Below are positions 1 through 8,794 of a DNA stretch of 40,053 nt, piece after piece (position 1 is the first letter of the stretch; the number at the start of each line of letters is the position of its first letter). Where the stretch lies: positions 1 through 40,053 of the forward strand of contig JBBCKI010000073.1 in assembly GCA_037190965.1 (NCBI GenBank), in the 5' to 3' direction. The notes under the pieces were generated by a model, which searched no databases, was not told the DNA's origin, and saw nothing but the letters and a program-made list of their open reading frames with translations. The position numbers and the translations under genes were made by a program. The stretch is from Chthoniobacteraceae bacterium. GTDB lineage: Bacteria > Verrucomicrobiota > Verrucomicrobiia > Chthoniobacterales > Chthoniobacteraceae.

Positions 1-160
1 ACAAGCGCGCGCAGGGCGAAATAGCAACACCTAAAACGGAGGGCGGAGTTCCACGACGCCGCACTCCTTGCAACCGAAGGCTCACTTTTTTCCTCTATTG
101 ATAATGGCCCTCGATTTACAGAACGAACCAATCTTTCACCATACTAGCCGACATCGCTCC

Positions 161-1051
161 TTATGACGTTTCAAGTTTCGATTTCGGCAAATCCTCCGTT
201 CCATCTGATTTCTGGAAAGACCGGAGAAAGCGGCCCGGGGTGGTCCGACAGTATTCCTTGAATACCTTTGAGAAGTAATAGACATCCCCAAAGCCCGCCG
301 CCTCCGCGGTTTCCTTGATCGTCCCGCCCTGCCCTAGCAGGTGCCGGGCGTGGTGAATGCGCGTGGAAGCAAGATACTGGCGGAAAGTGACACCATAGTG
401 AGCCCGAAAGCGGCGACTGAGATGATCGGGCGAAACCCCCACCTCCCGCGCCAACTCATGAAGCTGCAACGGCTCACGAAACCGGGTCTTGACGATGTGG
501 GCCAAGCGCTGAATCGGCTCCAGCCGGAGATCCGCCCGGGGCTGCCCGCGTTGATGGAGCAGGCGGTCGGCCTCAATGAGCAACCCGCCCAAAAGCAACT
601 CGGCCTTGCGCTGCCAGTGAAGTTCGCGCCGGCAAAGCTCATCCCGGATTTGACGAAGAAGAAGCGTGCATTCCAACCCCGGAAGGGGCCGCGAGGCATC
701 AATCCCCAATACTCCCTTGCGATACGTGGCACAGATCACCCCCGGCAGGGAGGCCATTGTTAGCCAAAGAGACTGGTATGCTCCGGAAGGACGCGCATAA
801 GTTTCATAATGCCAGGCCTGCGGCTCCACGAGCACGGCGTCTCCCGGGTGAAGAACAAAGGTTTCCTCATGGCTGACAATGCGCATTATTCCGCCGACAC
901 AGAACGCCAACTCGCCGTACTGATGGACGCCGGGAAGAATCAAAGGGGAAAAACCTTGCCCGCCGACGGACCCGGGAGGTACCGCCCGGCAAAGATGCAG
1001 CCGACATTTTTTGCGTTGCCTCAGGGCGAGGACTTTGCGAAGCGCCAGCAT
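161..1051 (-). CDS. AraC-family transcriptional regulator (N-terminal cupin, C-terminal double HTH)
   Basis: Cupin motif HQYGEL...LHPGDAVLVEPQAWHYE; C-terminal LARE-VGVSPDHLSRRF and AGFGDVYYFSKVFK...TPGRF AraC signature; divergent from the aminotransferase operon. Confidence 0.93.
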   Translation of the reverse strand: MLALRKVLALRQRKKCRLHLCRAVPPGSVGGQGFSPLILPGVHQYGELAFCVGGIMRIVSHEETFVLHPGDAVLVEPQAWHYETYARPSGAYQSLWLTMASLPGVICATYRKGVLGIDASRPLPGLECTLLLRQIRDELCRRELHWQRKAELLLGGLLIEADRLLHQRGQPRADLRLEPIQRLAHIVKTRFREPLQLHELAREVGVSPDHLSRRFRAHYGVTFRQYLASTRIHHARHLLGQGGTIKETAEAAGFGDVYYFSKVFKEYCRTTPGRFLRSFQKSDGTEDLPKSKLETS

Positions 1052-1127
1052 GGGAATCGCGGTTTTTTACAAAAACATATCGGCTACGTCCATTTCATTC
1101 CCGCGTTTCAAACGGCAGAGTCGCTGC

Positions 1128-2393
1128 ATGTCCACCACTGCCATTTCCAACGCCAAACCCGCCCTCCTCGGAGGTACGCCGGTCTTCCCGCATTCACTTG
1201 AATTCGTCTGGCCGATTCCCGACGAGGCGACGGCAGTTGCCATCGCCGAGCTTTACCGCAGCGGCCGTTGGTCGTGGAGCGGCCCGTGGGAGAAGCGAGC
1301 TGCCGCGCTGCTCGCCAAGACACATACGGCCAAGCACGCCATGCTCCTTGCCAATGGGACGGTGACGCTGGAAGCGGCGCTGCACGCACTGGGCGTCGGC
1401 CCGGGCGACGAGGTGATTGTCCCCGCGCTGACATGGGTCGCCACTGCCATGGCCGTCCTCTACGTCGGCGCCACTCCGGTCTTTGTGGACGTGGAACCGG
1501 GAACGCTCTGCCTTGATGCCGCGCTTACGGAAGCTGCCATTACCCCTCGGACGAAAGCGATCATCCCCGTTCATCTCTACGGCGGGATGGCGGACATGGA
1601 TGCGATCATGACCCTCGCCCGCAAACACGGTCTCAAAGTGGTGGAAGACTGCGCCCATGCCCAGGGGGGCATGTGGGACGGCAGGGGCCTGGGAAGCATT
1701 GGCGACGCCGGCTCCTTCAGCTTCCAGCAGAGCAAGACGGTTTCCGCCGGGGAGGGTGGGGCGTTGATTACCAACGACGATGAACTGGCCGACCGCCTCT
1801 TCCGTTTCAAACATATCGGTTACGGGTCCGGCTCGCGGCAGGGCGGGGCTAAGCAGGGGCCACCGTCGGGGCTGGTCTGCCACAACTATCGGGCTACGGA
1901 GTTTCAGGGCATCACGCTCTGTCCGCAGCTTGAGCGGCTCGAAGAGTTGACATGCCGGCGCAATGCCAATGCCGATTTGCTAACCGGGCTGCTGGAGGCA
2001 ATCCCCGGCCTGAAGGTGCAAAAACGGGGCCGCAAAGCGACCCAGGGACGGCAGAGCTACTACGGCCTGCTCTTTACTTTCGATCCCCGCGAGTGGGCGA
2101 ACCTCCCCAAGGCGCGGATCATCGCTGCGGCAGCGGCGGAAGGAGTGCCGCTTGGGGCGACCTATGGTCCGGTCTATCGGCACGTTCTCTGGAACATTGC
2201 GCCGGAAAGCTACCGGATCCACGGCGACTGGCGGGACGAGCACGGCCCCAACTGCCGGGTGAGCGAAGAGATCGGCACGCGCCAGGCCCTGGTACTGTTG
2301 CATTCCTTCCTTGATCTGCCCGAAAGTGGCCTGCAAAAAATTGCGGAGGCTTTCTACAAGATCCAGCGGCATGCCGCCGCCCTTTCGGTCTGA
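1128..2393 (+). CDS. DegT/DnrJ/EryC1/StrS-family PLP-dependent (amino)sugar aminotransferase
   Basis: NGT..LEAAL, GPGDEVIVPALTW, IIPVHLYG, EDCAHAQG, SFQQSK(PLP Lys)TVSAGEGG. Start placed at ATG 1128 (MSTTAIS) because the longer ORF overlaps araC. Confidence 0.92.
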   Translation: MSTTAISNAKPALLGGTPVFPHSLEFVWPIPDEATAVAIAELYRSGRWSWSGPWEKRAAALLAKTHTAKHAMLLANGTVTLEAALHALGVGPGDEVIVPALTWVATAMAVLYVGATPVFVDVEPGTLCLDAALTEAAITPRTKAIIPVHLYGGMADMDAIMTLARKHGLKVVEDCAHAQGGMWDGRGLGSIGDAGSFSFQQSKTVSAGEGGALITNDDELADRLFRFKHIGYGSGSRQGGAKQGPPSGLVCHNYRATEFQGITLCPQLERLEELTCRRNANADLLTGLLEAIPGLKVQKRGRKATQGRQSYYGLLFTFDPREWANLPKARIIAAAAAEGVPLGATYGPVYRHVLWNIAPESYRIHGDWRDEHGPNCRVSEEIGTRQALVLLHSFLDLPESGLQKIAEAFYKIQRHAAALSV

Positions 2394-2402
2394 TTCCCCT
2401 AA

Positions 2403-2510
2403 ATGAGCACTCTCGTTGAAGCCGGTTTTGGAAGGGCTGATATTTCCCCTCGGCTCGGAGTGGAGCTTTGCGGCTACGGCCCATGGCTCGACCGCCATTC
2501 CAATCTCTGA
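2403..2510 (+). pseudogene. Truncated 5' remnant (35 aa) of a neutral/alkaline ceramidase N-terminal-domain-like protein
   Basis: Hand translation MSTLVEAGFGRADISPRLGVELCGYGPWLDRHSNL* matches the AG..x.DITP..GV.L.G(Y/F)G...R.S start of that family; lies 9 bp after the aminotransferase stop and 12 bp before thuA; too short for the ORF track. Confidence 0.7.
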
Positions 2511-2522
2511 CCGATTTACCCA

Positions 2523-3266
2523 ATGCCACTTAACGTCACCGTATGGGGCGAGTTTTGCCATGAAAAGAACAACCCAAAAGTTGCGGCAATCTATCCTCAT
2601 GGAATCCATGAAACCCTCGCGACGCTTTTTCGCGAGGACCCGGAAGCGCAAGTCCGCACCGCCACCCTTGATGAACCGTGTCACGGTCTCAGCCCCAAAG
2701 TCCTGGAACAGACCGATGTTCTCGTCTGGTGGGGCCACATGGCCCACGATGAGGTTGCCGACGACGTGGTTGAACACGCCCGGAAACGTGTCCTCGAAGG
2801 GATGGGGCTTATCGTGCTTCACTCCGGGCATTATTCAAAATTATTCAAAGCATTGATGGGGACCACCTGTTCCCTCAAATGGCGCGTCGCTAATGATAAG
2901 GAACGGCTTTGGACCATCATGCCACAGCATCCCATTGCCCAAGGCATTGGCGACTACTTTGAAATCGCATCGGAAGAAATGTACGGCGAACCCTTCGGTA
3001 TTCCCAATCCCGATGAACTGATCTTCATTTCATGGTTTACCGGCGGCGAGGTCTTTCGCAGCGGGGCAACATGGCAGCGGGGCAACGGCAAGATCTTCTA
3101 CTTCCGCCCCGGACACGAAACCTACCCGACGTATTTCCATCCTCAGGTTCGGAGGATTATCCGAAACGCCGTCCAATGGGCGTCCCCAACGGTTAGGATT
3201 CCGGACAAGTGCCCCAAGCACGCCCCACTTGAACCGTTGCCCGCACTTTCCCAAAGCGGGTCGTGA
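2523..3266 (+). CDS. thuA: ThuA (trehalose-utilisation)-family protein, class I glutamine amidotransferase-like fold
   Basis: [72 protein letters not shown]. Confidence 0.9.
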   Translation: MPLNVTVWGEFCHEKNNPKVAAIYPHGIHETLATLFREDPEAQVRTATLDEPCHGLSPKVLEQTDVLVWWGHMAHDEVADDVVEHARKRVLEGMGLIVLHSGHYSKLFKALMGTTCSLKWRVANDKERLWTIMPQHPIAQGIGDYFEIASEEMYGEPFGIPNPDELIFISWFTGGEVFRSGATWQRGNGKIFYFRPGHETYPTYFHPQVRRIIRNAVQWASPTVRIPDKCPKHAPLEPLPALSQSGS

Positions 3267-3636
3267 TCAAAACCCTAGGCTCCACCATTCCGCTCCCGGA
3301 GGCGGTGGTTCCCAATTAGGGATGGTATAGCCCATCTGTTGAAGCTGCTGGGCTGTGAAGGTGTCGCTGTTGGCTACGGAACGCGTGTGCCGATCCGGTC
3401 CGAAGTAGCGGTCATAAATCGTGCCCCCTTCGTCTCTTGCGCCAAACAAGGTCTGACCCCGTCTGCCAAAGCCTTGCTGAAGAGGGAATGTTCGGGCTGG
3501 GCGTGAAGGAGATCGGGGCCAAAGTCCGGCAAAACTACAATCGAGTTCCAAAATATCTTGATAAGAATAAAGGCACGGCAAAAATGCAAGATACCGGAGA
3601 ATCTCGCAGGATCTTTCTACCGAAATATTCACCATT

Positions 3637-4179
3637 ATGAAATCTGATGAACATTCCAATGACGGAGACTTTGACATCAAAGCGTTCAGGAGTGAACATC
3701 TTCGGGAAGCCAATCTAGCGGACGTAGACTCCATTCTAGATGTACTAATCTCCACCAAAGAAGCATCGCTTTCGAATATAATCAGCGATCATGACCGGGA
3801 TCGGCCTTTTTGGGCCGACCGTTGGCTGCGCTATATTCGTGATGGCAGCAGTGCGCAGCATTCTCTTGGCGATGGAACTGTCCTTCTTTACGAGAGAGAC
3901 AACCGTGTATCAGGATTCGCTGCGTATCACCATACCACTAGGCATGGCATAAATGCTGAGCTACAAGCTGTCTACGTTTTAAAGGAAGAGCTGGGTCAAG
4001 GTTTGGGAACAAAGTTGGTGGAAACTATTGGAAAGCGTCTTTACTTGGAGGGGGCGCGATCAATGTGTGTATGCTATGACCCTCGAAATCCGTACAAACA
4101 GTTTTATTTGAAACTCGGCGCAGTTGAAATAGATCCAAACTGGGCGATCTGGCGTGATCTAAGCAGGTTCAACCGATGA
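3637..4179 (+). CDS. GNAT-family N-acetyltransferase
   Basis: AELQAVYV...GQGLGTKL acetyl-CoA loop, NP...FY.KLG motif B; visibly AT-richer than the flanks. Confidence 0.88.
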   Translation: MKSDEHSNDGDFDIKAFRSEHLREANLADVDSILDVLISTKEASLSNIISDHDRDRPFWADRWLRYIRDGSSAQHSLGDGTVLLYERDNRVSGFAAYHHTTRHGINAELQAVYVLKEELGQGLGTKLVETIGKRLYLEGARSMCVCYDPRNPYKQFYLKLGAVEIDPNWAIWRDLSRFNR

Positions 4180-4415
4180 ATTGCGAGGCTCAAATAGCGA
4201 CGAATTTGCCATTCGGGTCAGACCTTGAAACTTGAAAGGCTCTCCAATTTCTCGATGATGATGGCGGCCTAGGTTACTTAATAACACGATAATCGAAGGC
4301 GGGAGTTCGGTATCGGCAGGCTTTTTGTTTGTTAATCGCAATAGTCGAGCGTCAAATAACTCGCCAACGATCAGCGGCACTAGCTCCTCCCTCCAGAGCC
4401 GCCCCCGCTCTCCTG

Positions 4416-6296
4416 CTACGGCCTGATTCTGATGTTCCGCCGGAGATAAGTCGGCACGTCGAGATCCTGGCCGTCCACGATGGTTGGCTCGCTCTTTTCA
4501 AAGCGTCCGCGCGTCACCGGTTCGAACTTCAAGGTTTCCTGCAAGGGCGCTTTGGCGGGTGAGCTCGGCTTTTTAACGGGCTCCGGCGGCTCCGATCTCA
4601 GGAGACGCTCAGGGATCACCGGCTTGGGCGCGATGGGTTCGGGGGCCTTTACCTGTTCCTCCGGGACTTCCAGGTTTTCCAGATCCGCCAAGTCCTCCAA
4701 GCTTTCTTGAACCGCCTCAATCACAGGCTCTGCCGCCTGTTCGATCACCGGCTCAAGCGGTTCCTCTTCCACCTCAACCTCGGGCGCAGCCGCTTCAACA
4801 GGAGACTCAGGCTCCGCTTTGGGAGGTTGCGGTTTCAAGAACGACGCGGAAGGATGCAAGGTTCTCCCGGGGACGGGACGCGCCACGCGGCTCTGGGAAG
4901 GGAAAAGCCGGGCGCGGGCGCTTTCGATTCCGGGAATCTCGGGCGTTTGAGGCGTTTCGACAGCCTCGGCAACTTCGGCAACCTCCTCGACGTCGCGGAT
5001 TTCCTCAGCCTTGGGCTCTTCATGCTCACGGGGAGCTTCGGGCTCGTCGCCAAAAAGTGTTGCCTGAGCGGTCGGTGTGAATTGAACCGGGGATTCTTTA
5101 ACCTCTTCCTCCCCCTCGAACTCGACCGCCTCCTCCTCTTCGATAAATTGCGGTTCCGACTCCTGCTGCTCCTCGCTCTCGCTCGGGTTGATCTCTTCCG
5201 CCTGAATCACCTCGACGGGCTGTTGCCGTTCCGCCGCCTTCTCTTCGACCACGACGACGACCGGTTTTTCCACCGGGGGCGGTGCAACAACACTGGCCGG
5301 TGCCGCCTTGGGGGCTTGGCGCACTGCTTCCTCCTGTGCCAGCGAACTGAAGATCGTGACGGTGATACGCCCCGCAAGTTGCGGATCGACAGCCGTGCCG
5401 AACAGGACGCGAGCCCGATCATCCACGTGCCGATTGAGCTCCTCCATCAAAAGCTGGACCTCGTTGAGCGTCAGTTCCGGGCCGCCGCTGACCTGCACGA
5501 GCACGGTGTCGCAATCGCGCAACAGGCGGCCTTTATCCATTAGCGGATTTCGGAGGGCGCGCGCCAATGCGTCAAAGGGCCGGTTGCTCCCTTCGGCCTC
5601 GCCGTAACCAAAAAGACAGCGGGCGTTAATGCCACGCAATACGGCCTTGAGATCGTCAAAGCCGAGATGAATCAATCCCCGGCGGCTGATCAACGCAGTA
5701 ATGGCGGCGACACTTTGAGCCATCGTCTGATCGGCTGCCGCGAACGCCTGCGCAATTCCGGCGCTGGGCGAAACGCCGTCGCCCATCCGGTCGTTTTCAA
5801 AGCAAATCACCAGATCCGCGTGCGCCCCCAAGGCACAGAGCGCCTCCCCGGCCTGCGCGATGCGGCGCTTGCCTTCAAACGCAAAGGGGAGCGTAACCAC
5901 CGCGATGACGAGCGCCCCCGCCTCCCGCGCTTGTTCGGCAATGACGGGAATCGCGCCGGAACCGGTACCGCCCCCCAATCCCGCGAGAAGAAACACGGCA
6001 TCCACTCCGTCCAATTCCTTACGCACCTCTCCGGCGGCTTCTTCTGCCGCAAGGCGACCCAGTTCCGGATCGCCCCCGGATCCAAGCCCGCGTGTGGCGA
6101 CGATCCCAAGCTGGATCTTTGATCCCGCCACGGAGGCGGTCAGCGCCTGGGCGTCGGTGTTGGCGGCAATGAGGGCCGCCGGGTTGACTCCATCAAGCAC
6201 CATCCGGTCAAGCGCATTGCCGCCCGCGCCCCCAAGGCCGATGATTTTCAAGGTTCGGCAAAAGCCGGATGCACGCCGCGCGGTGAGATCGATCAT
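4416..6296 (-). CDS. ftsZ: Cell division protein FtsZ (626 aa, very long acidic/Pro-rich linker)
   Basis: IIGLGGAGGNA, NTD, GLGGGTGSG tubulin signature, PFAFEG, C-terminal DLDVPTYLRR; follows ftsA; start ATG 6296 (MIDL). Confidence 0.95.
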   Translation of the reverse strand: MIDLTARRASGFCRTLKIIGLGGAGGNALDRMVLDGVNPAALIAANTDAQALTASVAGSKIQLGIVATRGLGSGGDPELGRLAAEEAAGEVRKELDGVDAVFLLAGLGGGTGSGAIPVIAEQAREAGALVIAVVTLPFAFEGKRRIAQAGEALCALGAHADLVICFENDRMGDGVSPSAGIAQAFAAADQTMAQSVAAITALISRRGLIHLGFDDLKAVLRGINARCLFGYGEAEGSNRPFDALARALRNPLMDKGRLLRDCDTVLVQVSGGPELTLNEVQLLMEELNRHVDDRARVLFGTAVDPQLAGRITVTIFSSLAQEEAVRQAPKAAPASVVAPPPVEKPVVVVVEEKAAERQQPVEVIQAEEINPSESEEQQESEPQFIEEEEAVEFEGEEEVKESPVQFTPTAQATLFGDEPEAPREHEEPKAEEIRDVEEVAEVAEAVETPQTPEIPGIESARARLFPSQSRVARPVPGRTLHPSASFLKPQPPKAEPESPVEAAAPEVEVEEEPLEPVIEQAAEPVIEAVQESLEDLADLENLEVPEEQVKAPEPIAPKPVIPERLLRSEPPEPVKKPSSPAKAPLQETLKFEPVTRGRFEKSEPTIVDGQDLDVPTYLRRNIRIRP

Positions 6297-6321
6297 GGCG
6301 AAGTCTTGGTTGAAATTACGT

Positions 6322-7524
6322 TTAACGTCCGAAAATCTTGATGACCCGCTGTAAAAGCCCCTTCTTCTGGGGGCGGCTGGCGTGCGCCGCCTGGGCATAA
6401 CGCAACAGGCCGATGGCGGTCGCGAACTGCGGGTTCTCCGATGCCGCCGTCAGCCCCGCGGTGGAATGGGCGTGCACGACATGGACAGGGATGTTGAACA
6501 CTTCCTGCGCCAGCTCCTGGATCCCGCGAAGCTGCGAACAGCCGCCCGTCAGATAGATTCCCGAGCCGAGCATCTGAAGGAACGGCTCCCGCTCCAGAGA
6601 ATCTTTGAGCAGCTCGAACACCTCGCGCATCCGGCAATAGATGATCGTGTTGAGCATCTCCCGTTCGATCTCGCGCCCCGCAAAGCCGGTCTCGTCCTTG
6701 AGATGAATCGCCTCGCCCGAAACGGCGCCGAGGATGGCGCACCCTTCATCGAGCTTCAGCCGCTCCGCGCGGGCCATGGGAATCCGCAGGCCCATCGAAA
6801 TATCGTTGGTCACGTGATCGCCGCCTACCGCCAGCACGCCGCTTTGCTTCACGGCTCCTTCCACGTAGACGACATAATCAGTCGAGCCGCCGCCGATATC
6901 GATCGCCAGCGCGCCGAGGTCCTTCTGCTGCTGAGTGAGCACCACCTGCGCGGACGCCAACCCCGTAAAGACGACATCCTCCACGTCGAGCCCGATCTCC
7001 TTGACGCACCGGACGGTGTTTTTGATCCGGTTGCCGACACCGTGAATGATGTGAAAATCGGCTTCCAGCTTGCGCCCGAGCATGCCGATCGGGTTGAGCA
7101 CTCCTTCCTGCCCGTCCACATAGTAATGCTGGAGGATGGTATGCAGGAAGAGATTGGGCTGCGGGATGCTGACGTCGCGCGCGCTGACGGCGACATCCTC
7201 GTAGTCAGTCTCGTCAATCTCGTCGCGCTCCTCGGGGAGATTCACCGCGCCGCGATTGTTGAACGACTGGATATGCGCCCCCGTCACGCCGACGAAGACG
7301 CTCTTGATCATCACGTCGCTCTTCTCCTCAGCATCGGCCAGGGCCTCGCGGACACACTTGTGCGCCGTTTCGAAATCGACAATCTCCCCCTTGCGAACTC
7401 CCCGGGACGGAGCCTGGCCCACCCCAAGAATCTTGATCGGGCCGGTGGCGCTGGCTTCGCCCACGACGACGCAGATTTTGGAGGTACCGATCTCCAGGCC
7501 AACGAGAATGCTGTCTCTTCCCAT
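6322..7524 (-). CDS. ftsA: Cell division protein FtsA
   Basis: GLEIGTSKI, IDIGGGSTD, GGDHVTNDI, LTGGCS actin-fold motifs; amphipathic C-terminal KKGLLQRVIKIF; start ATG 7524. Confidence 0.96.
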   Translation of the reverse strand: MGRDSILVGLEIGTSKICVVVGEASATGPIKILGVGQAPSRGVRKGEIVDFETAHKCVREALADAEEKSDVMIKSVFVGVTGAHIQSFNNRGAVNLPEERDEIDETDYEDVAVSARDVSIPQPNLFLHTILQHYYVDGQEGVLNPIGMLGRKLEADFHIIHGVGNRIKNTVRCVKEIGLDVEDVVFTGLASAQVVLTQQQKDLGALAIDIGGGSTDYVVYVEGAVKQSGVLAVGGDHVTNDISMGLRIPMARAERLKLDEGCAILGAVSGEAIHLKDETGFAGREIEREMLNTIIYCRMREVFELLKDSLEREPFLQMLGSGIYLTGGCSQLRGIQELAQEVFNIPVHVVHAHSTAGLTAASENPQFATAIGLLRYAQAAHASRPQKKGLLQRVIKIFGR

Positions 7525-7553
7525 GAGTGTGCGGGTTCTGAAACGATTGGGGT

Positions 7554-7719
7554 CTAGTACCTTGTAACAAGGAAAATGGCGCATAGAGCGCCGGATTTTT
7601 GGTTCAGGGCAAGGCGGAAGCCCGAGGAGCTATCTGAAGATAACACCTTGGGCTGACAACGCAGCCCTGGGCCAAAAAGACAAGCTAGATGCGTCATTTT
7701 ATCTGTTACAAGGTACTAG
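7554..7719. mobile_element. 166-bp MITE-like (ERIC-like) palindromic element between ftsQ and ftsA
   Basis: Perfect 16-bp terminal inverted repeats CTAGTACCTTGTAACA (7554-7569) / TGTTACAAGGTACTAG (7704-7719), extending imperfectly to 31 bp; nested inner arms TTTTTGGTTCAGGGC/GCCCTGGGCCAAAAA, AGCCCGAGG/CCTTGGGCT; apex TATC-TGAA-GATA; no transposase. Confidence 0.8.
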
Positions 7720-7732
7720 CTAAGGGGCTGAG

Positions 7733-8794
7733 TTACTGACGGGAGCGGTCAGAGGAGGTCTGCTTATTCCGCGCCGAAGAGGTGGATTTCGAGGTGGACT
7801 TCGCCTTTGTCGATGAGGAAGCCTTGCGGGGAGAAGCGGTGGGCGCGCTCGGGGCGGCCTTCTCTGCCGCTTTCTCCGCCACGGGGGCGGCCACTTCGGG
7901 CGCGGGCACAGGATTGACGAAAGTGACCGGGATGTTCCGCTCCACCATCAGGTTCACGGTCTGGATCTCCATCCCTCCGTGGTCCTGCGTCACCCCTTCG
8001 ACCACGGCGCTCAGACGGTCGAGATGCCGGTCGATATCATCCAGCGGGAAGGAAATCTTCGCCCCTTTGCCGTCGGTGATGACCATGCAGTACCCCTTGG
8101 AAAGATCGATACTCTGGATCAGCACGCGGCCTGTCTCCCCGTTGATGCGGATCAAATCAAGCGCCGAGCGCAACTCAGGCACCTGCACCACATCCCCGGA
8201 GAGGAAATTTTCCGGCTGCACACCGTAGATGACCGGCAGGCGGAGGTATTCCGGCAACTGACGCTTCGGCTTGAAGAGCGAGCCCTTGGCGTCAATGAGA
8301 AACGAGGTCTCAGCCGCCGCGGGGTCGGGCACTCCGACGTCCGCCAACCATGCCACCGGGCGGCGTTCCGTCATTTCGATGGTGATCTTGTTGGGGAGCG
8401 TCCGGCGCAGTTCCACCTGCTCCACCTGGGGCAATTCCGCAAGCGCCGCGCGCGCCTTGGCAAGGCTGATGCTAAAAATGTTCTCACCCACCTGCAATTG
8501 CGTGGCGGCCAGCACCATCTCGCGGGTGAGCGCCTGCCCGTCGTTGTTGATCTCCACCACGGCGAGGTTGTACTCCGGGTTTTCCCAGAAAAAGCGGCGC
8601 AACCCTTCGCGCACGCCATAAATCGACCCGCTCACCACCATGGCGAAGAGGATCACCTTGCAACTCCAGACAAGGATGCGCCGGTTCCTCTGGCTGTTGG
8701 CGAGCCGGGAACGAATCTTCACCTCCAACAGGTTTTGATCGCGACGAGCCCCGGGCCGTCGACGGTTGGCAGCGGTTTTTTTGCGGGAGATCAT
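7733..8794 (-). CDS. ftsQ: Cell division protein FtsQ/DivIB (TM + POTRA)
   Basis: Basic N-tail, single TM helix, GENIFSISL...LPQVEQVELRRTLPNKITIEMTERRPVAW POTRA motif; position between ddl and ftsA. Confidence 0.92.
   Translation of the reverse strand: MISRKKTAANRRRPGARRDQNLLEVKIRSRLANSQRNRRILVWSCKVILFAMVVSGSIYGVREGLRRFFWENPEYNLAVVEINNDGQALTREMVLAATQLQVGENIFSISLAKARAALAELPQVEQVELRRTLPNKITIEMTERRPVAWLADVGVPDPAAAETSFLIDAKGSLFKPKRQLPEYLRLPVIYGVQPENFLSGDVVQVPELRSALDLIRINGETGRVLIQSIDLSKGYCMVITDGKGAKISFPLDDIDRHLDRLSAVVEGVTQDHGGMEIQTVNLMVERNIPVTFVNPVPAPEVAAPVAEKAAEKAAPSAPTASPRKASSSTKAKSTSKSTSSARNKQTSSDRSRQ

Noticed and set aside
37..62. GGAGGGCGGAGTTCCACGACGCC, REP-like word
   Set aside because: No clear inverted partner or second copy in the window
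4147..4345. Possible integron attC site after the GNAT gene
   Set aside because: GTTCAAC fits RYYYAAC, but I found no matching GTTRRRY or paired L boxes, and there is no integrase in the window
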